33,282 nucleotides of DNA, taken from assembly GCA_048941265.1 (NCBI GenBank), contig JBHLNT010000031.1, positions 1 through 33,282 of the forward strand, in the 5' to 3' direction. The position numbers and the translations under genes were made by a program. A model generated the notes under the pieces. That model was not told where the DNA came from. It saw nothing but the letters and a program-made list of their open reading frames with translations, and did not search any database. Shown here in pieces: positions 19,548 through 28,399 of this stretch. The stretch is from Promethearchaeota archaeon (GTDB lineage: Archaea > Asgardarchaeota > Lokiarchaeia > Sigyniarchaeales > SOKP01). Positions within the stretch are counted from its first letter, which is position 1; every line of letters begins with the position of its first letter.

Positions 19548-19904
19548 TTGGAAAGAATAGGTGAAGGTCTATCATGCTCATCTAAATCAGAGGCAGTAGG
19601 AGAGCTTGTATTTGTAAAAACTGTTGAAGATGTAATTAATTTATTTGATAGCGCCACTGGCAAAATATGTTTAGTTGAGGAAGCAGGTACTACGACATTA
19701 GGTCCAATTTTATCTGATTTAAGTGGGGTTCTCTGTACTACGGGTTCTGCAGGATCACATCTCGCAATCGTTTCGAGAGAATTTGGATTACCCTGTATTA
19801 TGGGGCTACGTCTTAGTGTAAAGGACTTAAATACTCTAAATGGGAAAAAATGTAAAATTATTACTGAGGATGACGATAAAGGCATACTTTTTATTGAGAA
19901 TTGA
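19548..19904 (+). CDS. stand-alone PEP-utilising enzyme mobile (phospho-His swivel) domain
   Basis: GVLCTTGSAGSHLAIVSREFGLPCIMG matches the SH[AL]AIV.RE.G.P signature; TTG start after GGGGAG. Confidence 0.9.
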   Translation: MERIGEGLSCSSKSEAVGELVFVKTVEDVINLFDSATGKICLVEEAGTTTLGPILSDLSGVLCTTGSAGSHLAIVSREFGLPCIMGLRLSVKDLNTLNGKKCKIITEDDDKGILFIEN

Positions 19905-19958
19905 TAAAAAAAAATAGATCTATAATTATTTCTTATTTTTATAGTACCCATAAATAAT

Positions 19959-20939
19959 ATGGAATATATTGAATTTTTCAATGAAGGAATAACAGATCCA
20001 GCTATTTTAGGAGGGAAGGGATCTAGTCTCATCAAGTTGATGCAAATAGGAGTTAGGGTCCCACCCGGTTTTATCTTAAAAGCTAATTCTTATAAGACAT
20101 TTATCGATGAATCTGAACATAATGAGCAATTGAAAACATTATTAAAAACAGAATTAAGTATTAAAAAGGTCTTACATATTTCCAAAGTGATTAAACAGCT
20201 AATCCGCACTTCAAGAATACCATCTAAAATAGAAAAACAAATTAAAACTGGCCTTAAGAAATTGAAGAAAGAGAGCGGAAGCTATGCATCATACGCAGTT
20301 AGATCCTCAGCGACCATCGAGGATACTGAAACGTTCTCTTTTGCAGGTCAGGCAAAAAGTTATTTATATAATAAAGGTTTTGATGAGATAATTTTATCAG
20401 TAAAAAAATGCTGGGCATCTTTATTTACTCCTAGTGCGCTTTTTTATATCATTCAAATGAATAAAAAAGGGCAAAAAATATCATTATTAGATATTCAAAT
20501 GGCAGTTGTTATTCAAAAAATGGTAGATGCTGATGTATCGGGAGTTTTGTTCACTTCAAATGTACTTAATAATAATAATGGTGAGATGATGATAAATTCA
20601 ACATGGGGGCTTGGTGAAACTATAGCTAATAATATAATAATACCGGATATGTTTATTCTTAATAAAAAGAAATTCGAAATTATTAAATATGTAATTGGAG
20701 CGAAAGAAAAGAAATCAATTCGTAATCCAAATGGTTCATATACAATTATTATAGATACAGACCCTAATTTTCAACAAATTTCATCGCTTAATGAAAACCA
20801 ACTCCAAAAACTTTACCATCTTGGATTAACACTTGAAAGAGAATTTAAATACCCTCAAGATATTGAATGGGCCATAGAAAATGATATTATTTATACTCTA
20901 CAATCCCGACCAATTACTACACTAAAAAAAGAAATATAA
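19959..20939 (+). CDS. PEP synthase/PPDK N-terminal ATP-binding domain protein (stand-alone)
   Basis: LGGKGSSL, VPPGF, AVRSSATIED, SFAGQ, MAVVIQKMV, SGVLFT, WGLGE, PQDIEWA, LQSRPITT; ends right after the domain. Confidence 0.93.
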   Translation: MEYIEFFNEGITDPAILGGKGSSLIKLMQIGVRVPPGFILKANSYKTFIDESEHNEQLKTLLKTELSIKKVLHISKVIKQLIRTSRIPSKIEKQIKTGLKKLKKESGSYASYAVRSSATIEDTETFSFAGQAKSYLYNKGFDEIILSVKKCWASLFTPSALFYIIQMNKKGQKISLLDIQMAVVIQKMVDADVSGVLFTSNVLNNNNGEMMINSTWGLGETIANNIIIPDMFILNKKKFEIIKYVIGAKEKKSIRNPNGSYTIIIDTDPNFQQISSLNENQLQKLYHLGLTLEREFKYPQDIEWAIENDIIYTLQSRPITTLKKEI

Positions 20940-21096
20940 TCCTTTTTTGTGTAAAAAACTTGTAGCTTTTTCTGTATCAACATAACAAAATAAATAATAA
21001 AACTCTAGTTATTTAAAAAAAAATTAACTTGACATATTTAACTAATAAAATTCAGTTTTTACTAAAAAGACATTAATTCCGACTAAGAGGAGATCT

Positions 21097-21528
21097 ATAA
21101 TAAATCTTCAAAACTTTCTTGGAAAAACTTATAATAAAATAACTGGAAAGGATTTTACTAACGGATTTATCCCTGAAGCGCTTACAATATTCAATAAAGG
21201 TGGTGTTCCCCTGACTTCTCGTACCTCGGACAATATCTTACAAGGGGGGATTTTTTCTGCTTTGTGTAGTTATGTGCAAAAATGCTTTGAAACTGAACTT
21301 AACCTTATAAAATTTGGCAATAATACCATAATTTTTAAAAAATCCAAATATCTTTTAGGTTCAATCATTATTAGAAATTCGGACAAAATAAATGCTGAGG
21401 TTGTAGAGGTCAGTTTAATTACCTTATTACAATATATTGAGACTAATTGTCCTGAATTTGAAAAAGAACATTATGACTCACTCAAAATAGAAAAGCTTGT
21501 AGAACAATATATAACTTATATATCTTAA
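21097..21528 (+). CDS. small longin-like protein; probable ATA start
   Basis: Frame is open upstream of the track start and gives LTIFNKGGVPL...LQGGIFSALCSYVQKCFETELNLIKFGNNTIIFKK. GAGGAG at 21087-21092 precedes ATA ATA at 21097/21100; in-frame stop at 21046. Confidence 0.6.
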   Translation: MINLQNFLGKTYNKITGKDFTNGFIPEALTIFNKGGVPLTSRTSDNILQGGIFSALCSYVQKCFETELNLIKFGNNTIIFKKSKYLLGSIIIRNSDKINAEVVEVSLITLLQYIETNCPEFEKEHYDSLKIEKLVEQYITYIS

Positions 21529-21557
21529 AAATTTAAGAAGGTAGTAAAAAAGAATTT

Positions 21558-23918
21558 TTAATCTTGTTTATTTTTAAAGAGTTCAATTAACTTGTTTTGC
21601 ATCGAATCAATAGTTTTTTCAAAATTACTGATAATAGAGCCAACATCTTCTTCTAAGGAAGGATCTAAATTAAGGGCTTTTTTGATGTGTTCAACAGCAT
21701 TATTAAAATCTTTGATCTCATGATAAATACTTCCCATAAATAACCATGCATTTGGATTTTTTGGATTTAGGTTTGTTGATAACTTATAGCTTTCTATCGC
21801 TTTTTCAGAGTCATTCATATGTTTATAGACATTTCCCATTCTATACCATGCTATAGAATTATCTTTATCTATATCTACAGCTTTTTTAAGGAATTTTAGT
21901 GCCTTATCATAATCTCCCTTTAATTCATGAGCCAATCCCATATTATTCCACGCAATAACATAGTCCGGGTCTAAGTTTACTGCTTTTTGATAATTCTCAA
22001 TCGCATTGTCATATTCTTTTTTACCCAATAATGCATTTCCCAAATTATAATAAGATAGTGAATTATGCTCATCTAATTCGATTGCATGTCTACAAATTTC
22101 AATGACTTCATCGAATTTTCGATTCTCTAAGCCTTGCTTCGCCTCTGTGTTTAATTGTTCTATATATAATTTAATAATATTATTAATTTCCTGATTTTTT
22201 AACTCCTCATTATCTATAGTTCCAGCAACTTTCAAAGCTTTTTCCAATTCTTCGTAAGCCTCTTTAAATGTATCTTGGGAAGCTAATAGAGTAGCTTGTT
22301 CTTTAAGAAATTGAATTTCTTTCAAATGAACCTGATCAATCAATTCTTTGATTTCCCTTATCTTCTTTCGCTTACGTTCCATATCGGTAATTTTGTCAGC
22401 ATCTTCTAAAGCTTTTTGAAGGTCTTCTAATTCCTTAGTAAATTTCTTTTGTTCGAGCATTAAACTTCCTTCTGATACGAGCTTCTTAATTTCAGCTTCT
22501 CTTAGTAATTCATTGATTTTTCTAATTTCTTCATCCATTTCTTCAGATACATACATTTTATTTGACACACCTAAAGCCTCATTAAAAAGTTCTAATGCCT
22601 CTTCATTCTTTTGTTCGCTCAATAATTTTTTTCCTTGCTCTAATATATGATTTATTTCACTAGAATAAATCTGATTAACAATAAACTTAATATCTTCAAT
22701 TTCTGAATTATCTTCTTCCGCACATGCCATATTCTTAGCAATACTTAAAGCAGAGTACATTTCTCCCACTGCTTCCTCGAATTTTTTTTCCTCTATTAAG
22801 TGCCTGCCTCTTTTTTTCCTTACACTGATGCCTGCTGAACAGGTATTATCAATTAACTCTGACAATTCATTTACAATTTTTGTTTTTTCTTCTGAATCGA
22901 TCATTTCAAGTGCAATTTCTAAAGCTTTTTTAAGTGTTGAAGCAGCATCAGTGACAATATTAATTTTTTCTTCATAACCTTCTTCCTTTAATAGCTCAAT
23001 CCCTTTTTCTTTAACAGAAATAATTTGTTTTGTATATATGGGATTAATTAATCCACCTAATTTTTTTAGTATGCTCGATTTTTGGTCTGAGTCATACATC
23101 TTAATCGTTATTTTTTCCGCTTTCTTGAGCTCTGCAATACCATCATTAATATTATTTTGATTTAATAGTTCCTCACCCTTTTGTATTAACGGGGCTACTT
23201 TTTCAGAATTGATTTGATTGGCTCGGGTTTTTATAATTAATGCTTCACTTTCTTTTTGCCCTAAATCTGACAAGTTATCACATATTTTAAGCGCTTCTTC
23301 GAAAGTTTTAATGGCATCGTCGGGTTTATTGCTTTGTTTTAGTCCATCTGCTTGAGTTATCATTGATTTAATTTTACCCAAATAGGTCTCATTTATGATG
23401 TTTCTTATATCAATTATTACACTGTGTTGAGGTGTTGAACTATAAACATCATTAGCTTTGTTCATGGCTTTTTGAAGTGTATCTAGAGCATCATCAAATT
23501 TCTCCATTTCCCTAAGTTGTACTCCTTGATTAATTAATTCTTGAATTTTTGTTTCATTCATCAAATAGTCAATTTTTTCTATTTCTAAATTCTTGAGATC
23601 GATATTTTTAATTTTATTACTAACTCCTCTGGCTTCTTCAATTAACCTAAATGCATCAACAAGCTTTTTTTCATCTGTTAATTGTTTTACTTTCTCTTTG
23701 ATATAATTTATTTGCTCAGAGAGTGTATTATCAATTTCATCTAATATTTTATCAACTTCTGCTTCTCTTTCATCATAATCTTTTACTTTTAATCTAATAA
23801 ATGATATTCCTTCTCTAAATTTTCTTACAGCATCTTCATAATTGTTTTGTTTTTTTAAATTATTAGCTTCTTTTATAATCGGATTCAATTTTTTTAATAC
23901 AGATGATTTCTTTGCCAT
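21558..23918 (-). CDS. tetratricopeptide repeat protein
   Basis: Canonical C-terminal TPRs (YYNLGNAL..., AWNNMGLA..., AWYRMGNVY..., AWLFMGSIY...) after degenerate helical repeats. Confidence 0.9.
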   Translation of the reverse strand: MAKKSSVLKKLNPIIKEANNLKKQNNYEDAVRKFREGISFIRLKVKDYDEREAEVDKILDEIDNTLSEQINYIKEKVKQLTDEKKLVDAFRLIEEARGVSNKIKNIDLKNLEIEKIDYLMNETKIQELINQGVQLREMEKFDDALDTLQKAMNKANDVYSSTPQHSVIIDIRNIINETYLGKIKSMITQADGLKQSNKPDDAIKTFEEALKICDNLSDLGQKESEALIIKTRANQINSEKVAPLIQKGEELLNQNNINDGIAELKKAEKITIKMYDSDQKSSILKKLGGLINPIYTKQIISVKEKGIELLKEEGYEEKINIVTDAASTLKKALEIALEMIDSEEKTKIVNELSELIDNTCSAGISVRKKRGRHLIEEKKFEEAVGEMYSALSIAKNMACAEEDNSEIEDIKFIVNQIYSSEINHILEQGKKLLSEQKNEEALELFNEALGVSNKMYVSEEMDEEIRKINELLREAEIKKLVSEGSLMLEQKKFTKELEDLQKALEDADKITDMERKRKKIREIKELIDQVHLKEIQFLKEQATLLASQDTFKEAYEELEKALKVAGTIDNEELKNQEINNIIKLYIEQLNTEAKQGLENRKFDEVIEICRHAIELDEHNSLSYYNLGNALLGKKEYDNAIENYQKAVNLDPDYVIAWNNMGLAHELKGDYDKALKFLKKAVDIDKDNSIAWYRMGNVYKHMNDSEKAIESYKLSTNLNPKNPNAWLFMGSIYHEIKDFNNAVEHIKKALNLDPSLEEDVGSIISNFEKTIDSMQNKLIELFKNKQD

Positions 23919-24264
23919 ATTTTAACTCGCCCATTCTATTTTTTTATTCTTCATATTATTCTTCTTTTTATTATAAAGTAAAATAAAATAAAACAATTTA
24001 AAATCTTAGTCTTTAGAACAAAACACCAATTTTATTGTTTTACAATTTAATCCAAATAATTGCCTATATCCTTAAATATCTCATTATTTCAAATTTGTTT
24101 TATATTTTATTAAATTTCGGTAAAAATTATTAATTTATATTATCATTACTCTCAAAATTTTTAGATTTTAAAGACCTTACTTTTTAATACCTAATATAAC
24201 TCACAATAATAAGTAAGAGATATCCATTTTATTATATTAAAATTAAATAAATGAGGTTATGAAA

Positions 24265-24414
24265 ATGGCTGAAGTAAAAGAAAGAATTGTTGATTTAGGA
24301 TTTGAGGATACAGAATTAAGAGAAGAATCCGAAATCGAAGAAGAAGATACACAGTTAGTCTACTTTCCCCATATAAGACCATTCTTTACACCTTGGTTAT
24401 GGCCTATATATTAA
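24265..24414 (+). CDS. small peptide 1 (49 aa), putative precursor peptide
   Basis: MAEVKERIVDLGFEDTELREESEIEEEDTQLVYFPHIRPFFTPWLWPIY*; GAGGT at 24253-24257; T-tract downstream; N-terminus paralogous to 26842..27000. Confidence 0.85.
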   Translation: MAEVKERIVDLGFEDTELREESEIEEEDTQLVYFPHIRPFFTPWLWPIY

Positions 24415-24453
24415 AAAATTTTTTTTCCTTAATTTTTTTATAAAGAAAGCACA

Positions 24454-25278
24454 TTAATCTAAATGCTTTTGTATAAAATTCCACATTGTTTCATTTACAT
24501 CATTAGCAATTTCAATTGTGAAACCATGACTAACACCATTGAATACCTTCAAATGTGAATTTGGTAATTTATTATGTAATAATTCTGATTCTTTTACTGG
24601 AGTTACAATATCTCTCTTGCCAACCATAATTAATGAAGGTTGACTAATATTTGGTAATAAATCGCGGACATCATAGTTTTTGAGAGCACTTAATTGATTA
24701 ATATAATCCTCATAACGAGGAGGGTCGTTGTAATAAGTAATAAAATTCATATCATTCTTAATTTTTTTGAATAATTGCTCATCTTCCCTCATTTTTTTTC
24801 TAAATGACCTTGAATATAAAAAAGGAAGAATGCTTTCAATACGCTGATCTATGTCCATCTTTACAAATTCTTCATAGTACTTATAACGTTGTTCATATCC
24901 AAGGGGGTCATAATAAGCAGCAGTAGCGCATAAAATCAATGTTTTAACTTCTTCAGGATACTTTAGAGCATATTGTAGGGCAATAAAACCACCCATACTA
25001 ATTCCACATAAGTGTATTTTTTGGTAAATATTAAGATGATTAAGGAGTTTTTTTAAGTCCTCAACATACATGTCAATTGCATAAGGATAATTTGGTCTAG
25101 AGCTCTTCCCACTGCCTCGATTATCTAGTGTAATGACGTTCATTTTCTCTTTAAAATAGGATATCTGATAATTCCATGCCTCAATTTTAGTATTAATTCC
25201 ATGTACGAGTACTAAGGGTTCACCCTTGCCTTCAGTTATGTAATTAATTTCCATATCATTATATTTGAATTTTGGAAT
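24454..25278 (-). CDS. alpha/beta hydrolase (Abhydrolase_1), copy A; probable ATT start (alternative ATG at 25254)
   Basis: LVLVHG, LDNRGSGKS, nucleophile GISMGG, GKRD, VSHG; GAGGTG 7 nt upstream of ATT-CCA-AAA. Confidence 0.92.
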   Translation of the reverse strand: MPKFKYNDMEINYITEGKGEPLVLVHGINTKIEAWNYQISYFKEKMNVITLDNRGSGKSSRPNYPYAIDMYVEDLKKLLNHLNIYQKIHLCGISMGGFIALQYALKYPEEVKTLILCATAAYYDPLGYEQRYKYYEEFVKMDIDQRIESILPFLYSRSFRKKMREDEQLFKKIKNDMNFITYYNDPPRYEDYINQLSALKNYDVRDLLPNISQPSLIMVGKRDIVTPVKESELLHNKLPNSHLKVFNGVSHGFTIEIANDVNETMWNFIQKHLD

Positions 25279-25335
25279 TTGATTCCACCTCTCTTTTTGA
25301 TGTTTAATATTAAATTCTCAGTAATTAAAACTTTT

Positions 25336-25443
25336 TTATTCCATATGTTCCCTTATAAAATCCCAGATTAATTCGTTTAGAATGTCTGCTGAATCAGTAG
25401 GCAAACCATGACCCGCCCCTTTAACAATCTCAAGTCTTGAAAT
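25336..25443 (-). pseudogene. C-terminal remnant of a third alpha/beta hydrolase paralogue
   Basis: ISRLEIVKGAGHGLPTDSADILNELIWDFIREHME* aligns with SRLEVFNEVGHGFTIEIAHDVNELMWSFLEKHTD* of the neighbouring gene. Confidence 0.85.
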
Positions 25444-25445
25444 CT

Positions 25446-26270
25446 TTAATCTGTATGTTTTTCTAGAAAACTCCACATTAATTCATTTACATCATGAGCA
25501 ATTTCAATTGTAAATCCATGTCCAACTTCATTAAATACTTCTAATCTTGAGTTTGGTAACCTATTGTGTAATAATTCTGATTCATCTAAAGGAGTTAGAA
25601 CATCCTTGGTTCCAACCATAATTAATGCCGGTTGTTTGATATTTTGTAATAAATCACGAACATCATAATCTTTGAGAGCATTTAATTGATTAATATAATC
25701 TTCATAACGAGGAGGATCAATGTAATAAGTGATAAAATTCATATCATTTTTAATCTGATTGTATAATCCCTCATCTTCCTTTAGTTTTTTTCTAAACTTT
25801 CTTGAAAATAAATTTGGCAAGATAATTTTAATCCTCTGCTCCATATCCATCTTAACAAAATCTTCATACAATTTAAAACGTTGATTTATTCCAGTTTGAT
25901 CCACTTGAGCCCCCGTAGCACATAATATTAATGTTTTAACTTTTTCAGGATATTTTAAAACAAATTTGAGTGATATAAAGCCTCCGAAACTACTTCCACA
26001 TAGATGAATTTTCGTTTCAATTTTAAGATAATCCAATAAATTTTTAAGATCCTCAACGAACATATCAAGAGAATACGGATAATTTGGTCTTGAACTTTTT
26101 CCAGTTCCTCGATTGTCCAAGGAAATCACATTCATTTTATCTTTGAAGTAAGAGATCTGGAAATTCCAAGCCTGCAGTTTTGTATTAGATCCAGGAATAA
26201 AAACTAAAGGTTCTCCCTCTCCTTCTTTTATATAATAAAGCTCAATATCATTTTTTTTAAAAAAAGGAAT
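25446..26270 (-). CDS. alpha/beta hydrolase (Abhydrolase_1), copy B; ATT start
   Basis: Frame extends 45 codons above the track start (IPFFKKNDIELYYIKEGEGEPLVFIPGSNTKLQAWNFQISYFKDK). AGGTGA lies 6 nt upstream; motifs GSSFGG, GTKD, VGHG; same length (825 nt) as copy A. Confidence 0.92.
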   Translation of the reverse strand: MPFFKKNDIELYYIKEGEGEPLVFIPGSNTKLQAWNFQISYFKDKMNVISLDNRGTGKSSRPNYPYSLDMFVEDLKNLLDYLKIETKIHLCGSSFGGFISLKFVLKYPEKVKTLILCATGAQVDQTGINQRFKLYEDFVKMDMEQRIKIILPNLFSRKFRKKLKEDEGLYNQIKNDMNFITYYIDPPRYEDYINQLNALKDYDVRDLLQNIKQPALIMVGTKDVLTPLDESELLHNRLPNSRLEVFNEVGHGFTIEIAHDVNELMWSFLEKHTD

Positions 26271-26522
26271 TAAATTTCACCTTTTTTCCAAATTTTTTAA
26301 AATTATATTAAAAATTGTATGAAGCATAATTCTGTATTATTTTTAAAAACAATTCAATTTTTTTTTAAAAAATTTCTTTTAAACTTCATTTACCTATAAA
26401 TAATAAACTTAAACTGTTAAATATCTAATATTTTTAGCCCTAATCTTTAAATTGGTACTTAATGTTTTCATAAATAATATTAAGAAAAAAATTTAAAACA
26501 AATAAAAGAAAAGAGGTTTATC

Positions 26523-26669
26523 ATGGAAGATAGAACGCAAATTAGGAAAGAAAAAGCAGTTAAACAACAAAAAGGAGTAGAGGAGGAACACCTTGACGAA
26601 GAAAAAGAAGAACTCCCCTATATACCTCTTTTTAGCTTTATAACCTATGTTCCACCTATTTTTTATTAA
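26523..26669 (+). CDS. small peptide 2 (48 aa), putative precursor peptide
   Basis: MEDRTQIRKEKAVKQQKGVEEEHLDEEKEELPYIPLFSFITYVPPIFY*; GAGGT at 26513-26517; same charged-then-hydrophobic layout as peptides 1 and 3. Confidence 0.75.
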   Translation: MEDRTQIRKEKAVKQQKGVEEEHLDEEKEELPYIPLFSFITYVPPIFY

Positions 26670-26841
26670 AAATTTCAGATTTTCGCTTTTTTTAAAATTT
26701 TCATTTTAAATAATTTCTCTCTTAAAGACCTAATTTTAATAATATCCAATATATAAAATATTACAAAAATGAGCCTTAATTTTTAAGTAAGTAATTTTAC
26801 CATATTAAATTAGAAAATTAGAATCTAAAGAGGTTTTAATC

Positions 26842-27000
26842 ATGACAGAAGTTAAAGAAAGAATCGTAGATTTGAATGTCGAAAGGATTGATGATTCTGA
26901 GCAATTAGAGGAATCCGAAACAGAAGAAGAAAGTAAAGAAGGATTTTGGGATTTCTTCAAAAGATATCCTCCTGTTGTTCCCTTCTTTTTGCATTTCTAA
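26842..27000 (+). CDS. small peptide 3 (52 aa), putative precursor peptide
   Basis: MTEVKERIVDLNVERIDDSEQLEESETEEESKEGFWDFFKRYPPVVPFFLHF*; GAGGT at 26830-26834; T-tracts downstream. Confidence 0.85.
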   Translation: MTEVKERIVDLNVERIDDSEQLEESETEEESKEGFWDFFKRYPPVVPFFLHF

Positions 27001-27121
27001 TAGTATAAACATTTTTTTTAAATTTTTTTAAAGAATATTATTGACTTTTAGAATAAAGGTTAAAAGTAATATAACCAATTTTGATTGATTTCTAATTATA
27101 TAATTAATTTGGTTTGAAAAT

Positions 27122-28276
27122 CTAATCAGTAAAATAAAGATGTTCGTCAAAACCAGTTTCAGCGACGAGATTTTGGCCCAACTTTTGAATAGCTCTTTTT
27201 GTTGGATTCTGCAAAATTCTTCTCGCAATATTTATAACTTTTGCCAGCTTAGAGTCCGGAAATTCTCTTATAATATTATCATATCGAGAAAAATCAATCC
27301 CTGCCGTATAAACCCCTGCTTGACTAGTGGTTGCCCGACTTGAAACTTGCCAATGCTCCACTTTTAATTCTATCCCTGAAAGTAGATGAGAACATAAATA
27401 CCAATCTAAAAGTAAATCCATTCTTTTAGATTTTCTTTTAGTTTGTTTTAATATTTTTAGAGCTTTCATTAATCTATCTGGATGTATTTGCCGAAAAACT
27501 CGTTCATATTGCTCAGTTAGTTTCTCTCTTACGTGGGCTTTCATTTCTTTCATTATTTCATCAATCTTTTGAGCCCTTTCTTCGGAAATTTCATGTTGTA
27601 TTGCTTTAATATGTTGATCGATTGCATCTTCTGTTGCTTGGCTATGATCTATAACTATCTCTTGAGATCGAGGTTGAGTTTGAATTGAACTCTCATGCTG
27701 GAGCTCTGGTGGCACGGCATATATTTCTTTTTGCGGTAAACTAAACAGGGCATCTAACTTAGATGGGTTTTCCCTAACTTCATTGAATTTTTCTTCAATT
27801 TCCCGCCGTGAATAGCCCATGTTTATTAAGTAAAATGCGGCTGAAGATAGCTGATGTTCTAAAGCCTGGGATGTAGTATATTGAGGGCCTCCAAACTCTT
27901 TTTGGAGTTTTTCATCTACAATAGAATTAATTTTCTCTTCTGTAATTTTATTTGATTCTAAGGAATCTATTTTACTCAAAATGTATTCCAGTTGATTAGG
28001 ACTTAAAAAATTTAAATTTCCTGTAGGACCCACCATATATGAAATAGTTTCCATTTTTTCTAAGGTATTAGCTATACTTTTCTGATCTTTTCTTTTTGAT
28101 ATGTTTAGGAAATATTCTAAGAATTTTTTATTAAATCCCGCCACAATCTTTATGAATTCTTCATCAAACTTATCTAGATAGTCATATATTTGTTCTCCTT
28201 GGGGTAATTCAGGAGGTTTAATACCAAAAACCGTTAAATTATCAATAATTATATAGATATAGTCTGATTTATGCAT
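27122..28276 (-). CDS. hypothetical protein (384 aa, mostly helical, Q/E/P-rich linker)
   Basis: Long ORF; no recognised motif; start uncertain. Confidence 0.78.
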   Translation of the reverse strand: MHKSDYIYIIIDNLTVFGIKPPELPQGEQIYDYLDKFDEEFIKIVAGFNKKFLEYFLNISKRKDQKSIANTLEKMETISYMVGPTGNLNFLSPNQLEYILSKIDSLESNKITEEKINSIVDEKLQKEFGGPQYTTSQALEHQLSSAAFYLINMGYSRREIEEKFNEVRENPSKLDALFSLPQKEIYAVPPELQHESSIQTQPRSQEIVIDHSQATEDAIDQHIKAIQHEISEERAQKIDEIMKEMKAHVREKLTEQYERVFRQIHPDRLMKALKILKQTKRKSKRMDLLLDWYLCSHLLSGIELKVEHWQVSSRATTSQAGVYTAGIDFSRYDNIIREFPDSKLAKVINIARRILQNPTKRAIQKLGQNLVAETGFDEHLYFTD

Positions 28277-28399
28277 TTTTTTGCTTAAAATTTGGGTTTT
28301 TTTAAGAATAATTTCATGAGATAATGTTTGATAATAATATAATTTCTAATTTAATTTATAAAAATAATAGTATTAATAATTTAGGAAACCAATATTATT

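Noticed and set aside
19475-20035. 186-aa minus-strand ORF
   Set aside because: Antisense to the PEP-utiliser genes, which carry clear motifs.
24265-27000. Assignment of the peptides to lanthipeptide, lasso, thiopeptide or other named RiPP classes
   Set aside because: The cores lack Cys and have few Ser/Thr, and no LanM/YcaO/radical SAM/lasso cyclase or transporter gene is present in the window.
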